Positions 42,501 through 54,800 are shown, numbered from the stretch's first letter. The stretch is DNA of 64,000 nucleotides from Lingula anatina (GCA_051362555.1 CM120644.1:13848567-13912566), one strand, 5' to 3'. Numbers and translations: made by a program. The notes: a model not told the origin generated them from the sequence alone.

Positions 42501-43039
42501 ATGCCGTGTTCCTCGAGCAGCTAGGGGGTAATTAACTATAGTTTGCCGATTAAGCTGATTCCTCCACAGAGTTGGGCCAACCCAGCAAGGTTGTGAATCT
42601 GAATGCACCCTATGTGAAGAACTGTAGGTAATCCTCAAACAGATGCTAATGAAAACATATTACACTTCTGCACGGGCAGAGGAAACAAGTAGAAAGCAAA
42701 GGGTAAAGAACATTCTCTCTTTCAGGTACTGACAAAGAGCGTGGTATTTTACAGTGGCGGAAACAGGTACACGGCGATACATCAGATGCACAAGTTAGCA
42801 CGGGACTGGAATGTTACGATCTGCCTTTTGGAATGTCCGCCATTGGCAAAACCAGCTGCCTGAAATATGTTCCATTTTGTCCGACATTTTCCAACAAAAG
42901 TTGGTCATGTAGGTGCTGCCCCAAAGCTTGTACCTGTTGCCATGGTGAAGATAGTAACCGTGGTGATGACATGGTCATGGTAACCTCTTCTGGAGATCAG
43001 GCTGTGACAACTAATGGTTTTTATAACACTAAAATTTAA
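19390..43039 (+). CDS. SLC23A: Solute carrier family 23 (nucleobase-ascorbate transporter, NAT/NCS2) member
   Basis: Confident core exons: 35580-35705, 36134-36291, 36659-36756, 37247-37344, 37985-38166, 38677-38797, 39147-39315, 39909-40058, 40374-40477, 40926-41055, 41556-41699, 42079-42174, 42726-43039. All are phase-consistent, with [66 protein letters not shown] and LDNTIPGT. Predicted 5' microexons 19390-19425, 20215-20259, 25601-25631, 26424-26473 are lower confidence. Confidence 0.9.
19828..20095. mobile_element. CAG...CTG MITE with 5-bp TSD
   Basis: CAGGGGCGGATCC...AATCCGCAACTG, flanked by TAGTA on both sides. Confidence 0.6.
20283..20491 (+). repeat. 5' LTR
   Basis: Direct repeat of 24328-24536; contains TATAAA and AATAAA. 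Confidence 0.95.
20574..22300 (+). CDS. Gag-protease-truncated RT polyprotein of the Gypsy element
   Basis: Two Cys/His knuckles (CNNC..H..C; [14 protein letters not shown]), protease [11 protein letters not shown] start [31 protein letters not shown]. Sequence then breaks off before the LPFG and YxDD motifs. Confidence 0.85.
22331..24111 (+). pseudogene. RNase H-integrase part of Gypsy pol (frameshift near 23615)
   Basis: RNase H motifs [27 protein letters not shown]; integrase HHCC (HYAHQG..CAPC), GADLF, NGFIER. The C-terminus continues in another frame (23560-24111). Confidence 0.85.
24328..24536 (+). repeat. 3' LTR
   Basis: Direct repeat of 20283-20491, preceded by the PPT and followed by TSD GGTGT. 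Confidence 0.95.
24747..24996. mobile_element. TA-flanked MITE (Tc1/mariner-pogo-like)
   Basis: TIR GGGGAGACCGGGGCTAGTTGGACCCC / GGGGTCCAACTAGCCCCAGTCTCCCC, TA on both sides. Confidence 0.75.
25724..25950. repeat. Degenerate (CAGT/CAGC)n tetranucleotide repeat
   Basis: Seen directly in the sequence. Confidence 0.8.
26971..27112. mobile_element. Old hairpin-like MITE remnant
   Basis: Inner arms GCGGCTTAGATGTCTGGCA / TGCCAGACATCTAAGCTGC; degenerate outer arms CCAAGGGTTTTCTCACTAAA / TTTAGCAAGAATCCTCTTGG. Confidence 0.5.
28309..28502. mobile_element. CAG...CTG MITE with 5-bp TSD
   Basis: TIR CAGGGCCGTAGC / GCTACGGCCCTG, AACTG on both sides. Relatives at 37369-37534 and 52489-52657. Confidence 0.7.
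32099..32243. mobile_element. MITE with 8-bp TSD (Merlin-like)
   Basis: CGATAGTCCGAAGGTTCA / TGAACCTTCGGACTATCG inverted repeats, ATAAGTAC on both flanks. Degenerate relatives at about 34060-34110 and 35740-35840. Confidence 0.65.
36024..36130. repeat. (ATATT)n pentanucleotide microsatellite abutting an SLC23 splice acceptor
   Basis: About 21 units ending directly at CAG 36131-36133. Confidence 0.95.
37622..37695. repeat. Near-perfect inverted repeat (36-bp arms, 2-nt loop)
   Basis: ATGACTGCATGCATAGGCATGTGGAAAATAGAGGTT-AA-AACCTCTATTTTCCACATGCCTATGCAAGCAGTCAT, one mismatch. Confidence 0.9.
39817..39876 (+). repeat. Hexamer tandem of AGTTCA/AGGTCA (nuclear-receptor half-sites, DR0)
   Basis: Nine consecutive AG(G/T)TCA followed by AGGTGA. 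Confidence 0.85.
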
Positions 43040-44325
43040 ATTCCAATTTCTGTCATTCATATGGATGCCCATGTATATAAAGTATTCTCTTTGTAAAAGT
43101 ACTGAAAAGCGAGTTTTATAAAAGCAGCATATTTACTTTCACATTTATATTGATCAATATTATTGTGTAAAACTTGCACAAATCCTTCTCTCAGGAAAAA
43201 TATGAAGTCGTATTGAACAGTTACTTTTTGCTTGTATCCAAAACTAGTCCTGCCTTTTTTAATAGAAAGTAAACTTAACATGAGAAGTGTTTTACAGTAA
43301 TAGTTAGCTATGGATATATTGTGATAATGTTTGCAAATTAATATAAGTAAACTAAATACCACATTTAAATGGACCAAAAGTATTGATTTTAAGAATTATG
43401 AAGAAGTCAGTGAATAATTACTTATTGTTTGACAGCCTTTAAGCCTTGTCTTCATTTAAATACAAAATAATTTTAAACACTAGGGGTGCTTTATCCATAT
43501 CAAAAGAGCAATAGATATATTGTCATAGCATAAAATATAAAATTTTCACAATGTTTTATAGATTTTTACAATTTACTGGACAATTTTTATTGTTATGACT
43601 GCTTTGTCGGCCCCATTTTTCTGTAAATTTTTTAATGTAATTACTGTTTTCTGGGGCCTATTTTTACAAATAGGTTTTATTGTAATGACTACACAATTTT
43701 CAGAGCAAATATTACATCAACACTCCCTAAAAACAGTTTAACAGTTAAATTGTAGGTTTTAGATAGTTACTCCCCATGATTATGATAATGAAATAACATT
43801 ATAATAAAACATGATGGAAAAAAATTTTTAAATAAAGGACAACTGTTGAGTTTTTTCTTGGCATCATTTTAATTCTACAAATTCTTACAGTAATTGGTGA
43901 TATGTCTATTTAGACCTATCACATTTTAATTTACAGTTACAGGAACCATCACATGAAGAATCATAAAACTGTCTTTTGTGAAAGTTTTTTTTTAACTAAG
44001 GACAATGTCATATGTATGACTTTCTACTGAACATCTCTCATAAAAAACAAATAAATATTATGATTTTCAATGGATTTGCTTTTGTCATTAACCAGGTTTT
44101 TCTTTTACAAAGAGTGATACACAAATCAATTTGTAATGAGTATAAAAAGAAAATATCAATAAGAAGATTATGAAGTAGTGACTTCCAATTTACAGAAAAA
44201 ATTCCTCATTACAATTAATTACTTGTAGTCCATTCAAACAAAGAACGATTACAAAATATCTTTCCTTCAAGTTGGGAATTCTTCTTTCACCTTGATGATT
44301 CTAATGTCACCTTTTGGGATTCCTT

Positions 44326-47300
44326 TTATCTTTTAACCTTTGCCAAAAGAATTTCATTCTTGCGACATTCCTGCAAAAAAGTAATAAAAAATCCATTACA
44401 CTCAGATTTCTCATTTGAATAGTATCCTATTATCAATTATTTAACTCAAAGCTCTTCCTTTTATGTGCATAACCTTTACACAAGTATCATCCCTTCATCA
44501 CATTCTTGTAAATTAAACTTGAAACTATGTCTTGCAAATTTTTCATCTAAATATATTATCTTTATCATTTAACCAAAAGTCAACACATGGTCCATATTAC
44601 CATTCTTACATTAAAAACAATGGAGAGAGGCAAAATCTTGTATCTTATGAACAATTACTTTCCACATGCATGCATGTAGAAAATAGATGAAAATAAAGTA
44701 CTGTGGCAGAACTGAAGCAGCAGGAAGCAGCAAGAGCAGCCCAGAATACTGATATAAGGATGTCAATGGACTATGCCCATCCACAGGCTATGGTCCTGTT
44801 GCGGATGGGCCCAAGAAAGTATATCCGATTCTTAATTCAATGCCCGCCATGGGTAACAAGAGTAACACAATACATACCTCTTTGAAATCTTTGACAGTTT
44901 TAAAATACTGTCTCTGCTTTTCAATAAGATCCAAATACTGGTCATTTAACTGGTCCCGCCTCATTTTTTCCTCCTGTTTCTTCTTGTCCATCTTGGCTCG
45001 GTTTTGTTTGACACCTTCTACGATCTGTTCAAACTGTTTCAGAAACTGTTCCTTATTGGCCGGGGAAGACATTGCTCTTCAAAAAAATTATGACAGTAAA
45101 TTTATAAGGTTCCATTTTTGGCATACTTCAATATATACCATGCACTCAAATCAATTGTCACACTTACTGTGAAAAGTTACCAAGACATCAAAACTGATTG
45201 TTTGTACTGCAAAACGTCATCAATAAGTCAAACCAATTGTCAGACCGTAAAACGTTCCCAGTAAGTCAAACCAATTGTTATATTTACTGCAAAAAACACC
45301 AAGAAGACTAACTGATTGTCATACTTACTGTGAAAAATTATCATGTATGGAATTAAGTAGGTTAAACTCTTTGTTCAGGTAAAGTTTGGTGTCATCCAGG
45401 GTGTTGTACAGTGTATAAAACTGTTTGGTTTCTTTGTGGGTAAAAGCAACTGAAAAACATTTATTGCAAAATTATAAATCTAGAGAAGTCTCTTGGACCG
45501 GTAGTTCCCAGAAAACAGTTATCACAAAAATATATAACTTGAGAAATCACTTAGACTAGTACAGTAGACCCCAGAAAAAAAGATATGATAGATATATGTA
45601 TCTTAAGAGTCACTTGCAATGGAATAGTAGACCCTAGAAAACAGTTCTCACATAAATATAAAAAATTTGTATATCTTTAGAAGTTAACTGAACTAGTAGG
45701 CCTCATGTAATAAGTCTGAGGGTGAAATTAATAATAACAAGGCAGCAAAGCTGTCAAATGTACAGACAAAAAACAGAAAATAAAGATGCAAAAAAGGTCA
45801 TTTTGTCAATTTTGATGCAATAATAAATAATGCTTATAATAGCACTGTCAGTCAACACTGAATTTTAATCTTGCACAACAGGTGACATGGTCAATAACAG
45901 GAGCGGACCCAGAGATATTTTCTGACAGTATTACAAAGTATCTATGTTGATCCATCCTCCATTTTGATGGTCTTCCAACAGAAAAAAATAGATACCAGTC
46001 AATATAAACTTAATAACCTGACTGTCTTCCGGAAGACCCAGAAGATGGTCTCAATCCACCCCTTCAATAAGATTACAGTTTCAGGACCATGAGAGTTCAA
46101 ATTCACATTATGAAAGTCTCAATATTTGAAAAATGATGACAGTGCATAAAATAATATTACATAATGTCTAAAGACATAAAAAACAATACAACTGCTTATG
46201 TAGAAATACAGAAAATGTGTAGAGCTAAAAGTCACAAATGCAAGTGTTTGAGAAAAAATTATAAAGAAAAACAACAAAACTAGAAAAGCACTTTGAGAGT
46301 GCAGACCTCTGCCAAGGCAGCAATTGTTGATTATTATTGATAATTGATTGATTATTGATCCGGACCACCACCAAAAATTAATCATTGTCCTCTTTGGCCC
46401 ACTTCCGACAGTTCCTGAAAATTTCTGCAAAATCAGTCCATAACTTTTTGTGTTATGTGGATGACAGACAAACAGGGGTGAAAATATAACCTCCTTGGCA
46501 GAGCTTGAGGTAAATATAATTCCAATGAAGCTGCTATTCAAACTTTTAAACTTCCAGTTTGATATATATATATATATAAAAATATATATATATATATATA
46601 TTTAAAACTTATTTGCAATATTAAACAAAATTTACCTGCATAATTATCACTGCTTCCTTATTATTAATCTAGCAAAGAGCTTTACCTTTGGGAGTTTACA
46701 GGGAAATATCAACAAGTGTGCTTTACGTAATCTCATTTAATGGCCTATAAAGCAAATGACTTTATAACTCTGAAATTAATCTAGTGATACCCAAGGGTAA
46801 TTTACAGACTGACCCACTCAAAGGTCTTCAGGCCCATAAGTCACACCTTAAGAAAAGCACAAAACCATAATGCCCAAAATAGGAGAATACCAATCCTGAT
46901 GCAATAATACATTATGTTTAACTGCACAGTCAACATCAACTTATGCACAACAGGTAACACAGACAAAAGTAAAAGCATAAGGCTTCAGGCCCATCAGAGT
47001 TCAAGTTTATACTTAGAAAGTGCCAGATTGAGAAAAATGAAAATTTCACAAAAAATGCATAAATACAATAAACATGATAATCCAATAGAGCTGGTTTTCT
47101 CATGAGCTGAAGGCCAATCCTAAAAATCGTACTTGTAAGTTTAAAATTATAATAAGTAGCACAGTTTTCTTTTCATAATGTTTGCAGTAGCAGTGCGAAA
47201 AGATTGTCAATTTTGATGTAACATTACATAATAAATTAGAGAATAATTATCACCAATTTTTGTTTATTGACTATAAATAGGATGGACATGTAGAAAATAT

Positions 47301-50300
47301 GATTACCATTTGGCTTCATGTCCATGGGAGCTCCGAGTCCCACAATGAATATGCCAAAAAAGATAATGAATATAACACTAAAATGTATAACTTCCAGAAA
47401 AAGAAGCCAATTAGACTGCTTTTCTAACTCAGGCTGCATTTTAGTCCTGTGTTTCTTTTTTGAAAGTTTGACAGTCATAAGTAACACGGTTTTTCCATAA
47501 TGGTCATCAAGGCAGCAGCACCAAAAATTGTGTTTTCTTCTATTTTGATGCAACATTACATAATGCTTAACAGCATAATGACCATCGATTTTTAATAATA
47601 AAATATAAGTGTCATGGATTTTCACAAAATGTGACTAGCACGGGTCTTCAAGCCCGTGGAGGTTCTAAGTCGCACCTTGGAAATGTCAATATGTGAAAAA
47701 TTAAATTTTCACAAAAAACTGTTTAATTGCCAGAAAAATTTACCAAACAGACTGCATTGCCTACTGAAGCTGTATTTTAGACCCATGTTTCTTTCCTGTA
47801 AGTTTGAGAACAGTAATTGACATGATTTTTGTTAAATGGTCATCATGGGAGCAGTGCCCAAAATAGGGGTTTCTTCAAATTTTGATGCAACATTACATAA
47901 TGTTTAACAGCATAATGACCATCAATTTTTAATTATAAAATATTGGTATCACGGATATTCAGGAAATGTGACAAGCAAAGGTCGTCAGGATCATGGAACT
48001 TCAAAGTCACACCTTGAAAATGCCAATAAGTGAAAAATTAAATTTTCACAAAAAAATGTTTAATTGCCAGAAAAATTTACCAAACAGACTGCATTGCCTA
48101 CTGGAGCTGTATTTTAGTCCCATGTTTCTTTCCTGTAAGTTTGAGAACAGTAAGTGACATGATTTTCCTTAAATGGTCATCATGGGAGCAGTGCCCAAAA
48201 TAGGGGTTTCTTCAAATTTTCATGCAATATTACATAATGTTTTACGGCATAATGACCATCAATTTTTAATTATAAAATATTAGTATCATGGTTATTCAGA
48301 AAATGTGACTAGCAAAAGCCTTCAGGCCCATGGAACTTCAAAGTCACATATTGAAAATGCCAAAATGTAAACAATACAGCACTGTTCTGAAATGGGTTTA
48401 TTTCCATTTTTAACACTTTTTAAACATAAAACAAAATAAACAGTTTACTGCCATTTTTATATGACCAATGAAGAAAATTGATGAGATGGGAAAAGTATCA
48501 ATAGAACAGTTTTAAATGCCCAACTTCCTCCATTCTGAGATTCTGAACATAGTGGATGAATGCATCTGACAAACTGCAATGATATGAGTTTATTTCCATT
48601 TTTGACACTTTATTACACAATACATGATAACAAGTTTACCATCATTTTTACAAAATCAACTAACAATGTTGTAAAGATGCAGGAAATGCCAAACAAACAC
48701 ATTTACGTATCTTATTAGTTCAATAATGAGACTGTTAACATGCCTAAGAATTGAATGTGAGGAAATGTGAAAAAACAGCATTACCTTTTAAAATAATGGA
48801 CTGATTATGCTGATTTTCAAACTCAACCTGCGTTTTAGTAAGATTGGCCTCTCCTGTGAGTATAATGACAATTGGCCAATCTGTTTTTCTTATATTGTGT
48901 TATCAGTGTTGCATATATACTGAAAAAAGTGAAAAAAAAACAGCATAAATTCCCTATAAGTGACCCGATCGTGCTGATTTTCAAACTTGACCTGCGTATT
49001 ATGAATATTTATCAGTTCTGTAAGTTTCAAGCCAAAGGGTAAAACAGCTCTTCATTTATTGTGTTATCAGTGTTGCAAAAATGCTGAAAAAAAGTGAAAA
49101 AATAGCCTAAATTCACTAAAAATGACCCAATCATGCTGATTTTCGAACTTGACATGCGTATTATGAATATTCATCAGTTCTGTAGGTTTCAAGCCAAAAG
49201 GTCAAATGGTTTTCCATTTATGGTGTTATCGGTGCTGCATATATGCTGAAAAAAGAGAAAAAATAGCCTAAATTCACTAAAAATGACCCAATCACGCTGA
49301 TTTTCGAACTTGACCTGCGTATTATGAATATTCATCAGTTCTGTAAGTTTCAAGCCAAAAGGTAAAATGGTTTTCCACTTATCGTGTTATCGGTGCTGCA
49401 TATATGCTGAAAAAAGTGAAAAAACAGCATAAATTCCCTATAAGTGACCCGATCATGCTGATTTTCGAACTCGACCTGCGTATTATGAATGTTCATCAGT
49501 TCTGCAAGTTTCAAATCAAAAGGCAAAATGGTTTTCCACTTATCGTGTTATCGGTAAAAGTGCACGGCGACGGCGACGGCGGCGACGACGGCGACGACAG
49601 CGACGACGGCGACGGCGACGACAGACGCAGATGATGGCTATATGTACAGACACATCTGTGTCTGTACATAATAATAATAATAATAAAAAACAGTATCAGA
49701 ATCTTCTAATGAGATCAACGCTAAATCTGCAAGGCATCTGCTTTTGAGTAATGACTAGCTTAGCAGCCTGTAATGTCAGATCTTTTATGTTCACCTTGGT
49801 TGTAAAGTTCCACAAATCTCCTCTGGTACTGGCTCAGCTCTGCCCGGGATGGTACCTCGTCAATCTTTCGCTGCAGCGCTGCTATTTCGCGAGTCTTCCG
49901 TGCCTAGTAACATTCCAGACATAATCATAAAATATTTTTTAAAAATTAAAAAATAAAAAAATACATTTTCACAGATATTTTAGTGTGACAACTAGACAAT
50001 TTCACAATGCTTTTTCTTCCTTTCAAGTGAATAAATTGCCCTTATAATCCTCTATGTCCAATCTGAAAATTCCGACATTTTTTATTACATTTCACGAAGT
50101 AACATTACTTGCAGTTGTGGACCTAACTCACAAGTTTGAGTGTTTAAGTCTTATAAAATTGTTATTGACAACAAAAATAACTTTCTTCTGATATATAGTG
50201 TCTTATGTCTTAAATGCTGTGCTGTATACTTTACCAGTAGAAGTCGTATCTTATGCAGTTTCTCTTTGTCTGCTTCAAACTGGCGCTCAATCATCTTAGT

Positions 50301-51886
50301 CCTTTCCTGTATAAAACATGTCGTCAAAAATCAAAATATGTAATTTTATCATTATGCAAAGAGAACTGTATTTCATCAGTAAAAATCTGTACTGCTTAAA
50401 TTTTACACGCACAAAAAAATATCGAAAATCCAAAATATATATCTTTTTCAAACATACTTATTGCCTGTTTTCAACATTAAAATGTAAATTTTAAATTAAT
50501 AAATCAATCAATTGTCTCCATCTTTTAATTCCATAAATTTTCACCCTCAGAGACACAAACCTGATCTTCTCCGGCTTCCTCTCCAGCCTCCGCTTTCAGG
50601 CTCTCAATATTTCCCTGTAATCTCGCCATCTCTTCCTACAATCAGAATTGGAAGTAGATCGAGCTTTTTCAAAAAAATCCATCAAGTAAACACAAACTAC
50701 AAAAGTGCCCAGCTCTCTTTGTGTGCATGCGTGGGTGGGGAGGGGATCAACAACCAAATTTCCAGATTAGAATTTCTTCTCTATACAATGAAAAACACAG
50801 AATATGTGTTTTATTGAACTGACAAAGCATTTACACTTGATATTGAAATGTATCTGTAATCTGGTGAAAAAATTTCATCTGCCTCTAGTATACAATGATA
50901 ATGGTGATAAAGCAAACTGTTTCTAAAGGGACAAAAATTGTCCAGTTTTTTATTATTATTATTATCTATGAGGCATGGGCTAACCATTTATATGATCAAG
51001 GATTGAAATGTGATGACTCATAGGTGAAATTTAAGTATTTACTTTTTTACTCCTTGAAAGGCATCAAATGTAACGGTCAGAAGAATGTGCAATTCCTACA
51101 TAACTGTTAGGGCGGGTTCACTATGTAACCACCATGCAAGGTAGATCAATTCAAGGCTGAGGGGTCTCTCGCTGAGTGCGATCAGATTAACGAAATGACA
51201 CACCTCCAGATTAACAGAATGACACACCTCCTCCAGCAGCTACAGGGTGATAAACTTTCATGTGCACTTGGCATCTTGAAGGTTTTCTCTTTTAATTTTT
51301 AATGGGGTAGAATACTGTAACAGGCAAAACTAAATCACCCACTTTCTCCTCAAGAAGATACGTCATTCACTTAATCTGACTGCATTCAATGCGAGGTCCT
51401 GTGGAGTTGGATTGATCTACCTAGTGCAATAGTCCCATTATAAACGCACCCTAAAAAACCCTTTCCACCTACCTTACAATGGGCCTTAAACTCCTGTTCC
51501 TGTTTCTTAAGATTTTCATTCATGGCAACCAATCCACGTAACTTTTCAAGAATTCTGTGTGAACATGAAATGTAGGTTAATAAATTATTTTACTTTTTGC
51601 ATAGGTTTTATATATATATATATATATATCAATTTCCTTTTTAATTTTCTGAATCGGTCACACCCATATATTACAGCATCTCATATCTCTGCCCATTAGC
51701 ATGGGGTTTTGTAAAGAAAAGAGTCATGGAGAATATCTTCAAAAATATTTGTTACAGTAATTAAAAATGCAACTATACCTCTTCAAATTAAAAAAAAAAA
51801 AAAAAAACTTACGCTCTATTCTCTCCTGTCTCAATCCCAGTCAATTTCTCCATTTCATCATCCACTCTAGCACTGTAATCTTGAGC
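44326..51886 (-). CDS. CCDC93: Coiled-coil domain-containing protein 93 (CCC/Commander complex), 3' exons; 5' exons not identified in the window
   Basis: Minus-strand exons 51813-51886, 51473-51554, 50561-50635, 50235-50306, 49795-49903, 45329-45449, 44878-45076, 44326-44370 join in frame. Peptides [94 protein letters not shown] match the CCDC93 C-terminus as recalled. Confidence 0.92.
46280..46512 (-). mobile_element. Small nested HINE/Helitron2-type element
   Basis: AA|CTAG end, hairpin GCACT-TTGAG-AGTGC, subTIR ACCTCTGCCAAGG matching CCTTGGCAGAG, terminal AACCTCCTTGGCAGAG..GAGGT hairpin. Confidence 0.7.
46900..48370. repeat. Complex tandem repeat (about 336-bp period) inside the HINE; inverted homolog at about 61570-62730
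   Basis: GTC(G/A)CACCTTG(G/A)AAATG-like anchors at about 47670, 48006 and 48342. ORFs 47236-47625(-) and 62046-62285(+) are conceptual translations of the same repeat. Confidence 0.75.
48790..49555. repeat. Tandem repeat of about 161 bp (about 4.7 copies) inside the HINE
   Basis: GCTGATTTTC anchors at 48809, 48973, 49135, 49296, 49457. Confidence 0.85.
51110..51451. mobile_element. Old Harbinger-like MITE
   Basis: GGGCGGGTTCA..GTAGATCAATTCAA..CTCGCTGAGTGCGATCAGATTAA versus TTAATCTGACTGCATTCAATGCGAG..TTGGATTGATCTAC..AAACGCACCC; TTA and TAA flanks. Related fragments at about 27350, 32000 and 32295. Confidence 0.5.
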
Positions 51887-54800
51887 CTACAAACAGTAAG
51901 ATATTTTTTTAGCGTGTGGTATAACAGTTTGTTTGTTTTTTTATCCCTTATGTAGTGATGGTGAAAAAAGTACCAGGCAAGGGGACATAGTTGTCATGTG
52001 GGTCTACTGCCTCTCCATTCTAACTTCTGGATATTGAATCAAAGAGTCAGTCCTGTACTCAATGCCCTTACTTAATGAAGGGCCAACACATCACGCTCAT
52101 AGAAAATACTTGGGTATTTTCAGAGATATTGGAAAATTTTAAGATATTTATAATTGTGCCCATCCTTTCAAACAACCTCCTCTGTTATTTCTTCATACTT
52201 CTTTAAAAAACAATTTCGAAAAAATCATCCGAAAAAATTTTCGAAAAAATTCAAAATTTTACAATTTCCCGTTCCACATAAATTGTAAATTGCCCTGGTG
52301 TGCAATACCATACAAGTTGTGAGATTGTGTCACATCAAGCAATCTGCTCTGCTCAAAAAATCTCAACTGCTGCAATTTGCTTTCTTTACACACCAGGCAG
52401 GCGACAAGTGTGAGACAGAAAATCAATGAACCAATTAATATATATAAATATATAAACAAAAATGAATAAATACTTTACTATGCAAAAACAGGCTTGTAGT
52501 CAGGGGTCTGAAAGGGGGGGGGTGAAAGACACCCCCTTTTTGCTGGGAAAAGGTCCACTCTTGGTAATTTTGATCTAGATAAACTAAGGTATCATGACAA
52601 AAAGACCATACTTTCAGAAAAAGGACCCCCTTTTTGCAATTGCTGGCTACGGGTCTGCACAATCCAATTTGCAAATAATTAACAAAGACAAGATTATTCT
52701 CTTTTAGATGAAAATGAGTAGTAATTATACCTCAAAGGCAAGAATTTTAAAAATAAAAAAAAATAATAAAAAAATGGCACAAGATGGTAAAAAATACCAA
52801 TTGTATACAGTGATACAAAAATTGATATTTAAAACAGACACATGAAAATTGTCATATACTGTGGGTACAAATGTTCTTTGAAGGGCGTGCATTCATGTGA
52901 ACTAGTGTCATTCCTGCCAAGATGACTAAGCATAAATCTATGTATTCGATCATCTTCTGTATGTAACCCATATATTCACCTACCACTTACGTTATTAGCA
53001 AAATTTTCCATACAATCCAAATTAACAGCAAAATCAGTAGGGGCCCTACCTACTACACAATCTACTTCATAAAATCGGAAATAGCTTGACATGTTGTTTA
53101 ATATATTTCTGCCAATTTAGTTTTTTGCAAGCCATTAGAGAAAACAGTATTGTGTGTCCAGACTATTATGTATTATATCTACATCAATTTGCAGTGCCTG
53201 GTACTCTTTGTCTGGCCTTCCCTCAATGGGTAGACACAGAAATAACAAAAACAACTCTTCAGATGATATAACTCACACCCTTTTATCTCATTGGCTGAAA
53301 ATTAGGTAAGGCATTTTCTGATTGGTTCAATAAGTAAAATTATCTGATTGGAGGAAAAGAAGGTCAGACTGAGTGACCAAAGTTTCCATTGGCTGTTAAA
53401 AGGTTCATCACGGGTGATGTGGCTAAAAGTTTATGTAAACAGCCTCAGAAAGCAGTCTTAAAGGATAGAATGGTTACTGTATTGGGTAATGGGGAAGTAT
53501 AATACAAAGGCTTATTGTGCATTTTTACAGACTTTTTCGATATCAGAGTTTCACTGCTTACTTTAAATATAACTAATACTTCTAGAGTAGACCAATGCAC
53601 TTGAGAAAATTCTCTGCGTACATTTTATCTTAATGGGCTAAAACTTAATATATACCTTCTATTTTACATGACTTTGCCTTAAAAACAAATATCATGGAAA
53701 ATCCAACAGAAATAATTTAAAAAATGCCATTATTTCTATAAAATATATGGCAACCTCTATAGTCCTACGCATGTAATCACCAGATGCTGACAGACACACT
53801 CCCCCTCCGCCCAACACAAACACACTCACTACAGTACTGCCATCTGTTATCAGGCAAATACACTAAACTTACAAGTATTAAAATTTCCAAGGACGTTTCC
53901 AAGTTTGTCCAGGTGCAGTATTGCTGCCCTGTAAAAACTTGTTTACTCCATTTTTGACTTCAGGCCGTTTCCTCTTTCAATCAAAATTCCCTAACTGTTG
54001 CTATCCTTAGCCTAGTACCATGGAGATGAACATGCTGTCAAGGCTATCGTCTAGGTGACAATATGACATCTCCTAGGCAACTGTCATGACACACAGAGAC
54101 ATGCATGCATGTATGATACCTTATTAATAAATCTCTTTTATACAATTTAAAAAAAAAAATTTCCTGTTTTTTTTTTTTTTTCAATTTCCTGTTTACCTTT
54201 AGTTAGATAGAGCAAGATGAACTTGCAAATCTAATATGGCAGCGTGACAAAAAAGACGCAGACAAAATGGGATGCTCATTTCAGTCTTATCACTCTCAGC
54301 AATCATTTCAGGTTGCTCTAATTAAGCAATATCATATAGCAGTGTGCCCATGTCAGTCCCAATACTAATCAATAAACAAATAGAACAACAACAGGTTGAA
54401 ATCTGGGTCAAAAACTGGGTTAATTGTCATCTTCCGACTATTAATCAGCAAAAAACCACCACCCACCTGGGTTAATAAAAGTATAGGAACATAAAATAAA
54501 ACACTGCACCAGGATTTTGTGGTTTTAATATCAAAAACAGATTTGAAACAAAGGGGATGGGGGAGGAGAGAATTTATCATTTTAAAAAACAGAATGAATT
54601 TCTAATTCCGTATCCTTACTGCAAAAGAGATATTGTACCCATGTCATGGGCAGTACGTCACAGGTAAGATATTATTCAGGCACTGCGCATGCATAGGAAA
54701 TATATGTTTTTTTATTTTTATTTTGTCAGCAGATGAATGACTGTGGAATAATACATAAATGAGTTTATATGGCAAAGACTGGGTCTTTTTAATGGGGAAA

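Larger units (their letters stand above)
45738..49670 (-). mobile_element. Helentron-associated non-autonomous element (HINE), about 3.9 kb, in a CCDC93 intron
   Basis: Terminal palindrome TATGTACAGACACA-TC-TGTGTCTGTACATA (49641-49670), matching subTIR ATGTACAGACA (45758-45768), short hairpin GGCAGC-AAA-GCTGTC next to the CAAG end, (GGC/GAC)n microsatellite at 49565-49620, internal tandem arrays, A-rich flanks. Confidence 0.7.

Noticed and set aside
47236-47625. Apparent paralogous small-protein family (with 62046-62302 and 61504-61725)
   Set aside because: The similarity is DNA-level repeat homology; frames and stops are not conserved between copies.
49404-49634. Gly/Asp-rich ORF
   Set aside because: Derived from the 161-bp repeat plus the (GGC/GAC)n microsatellite of the HINE.
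52259-52459. Possible further CCDC93 exon
   Set aside because: No matching splice borders or recognisable CCDC93 similarity; upstream exons are probably beyond the window.
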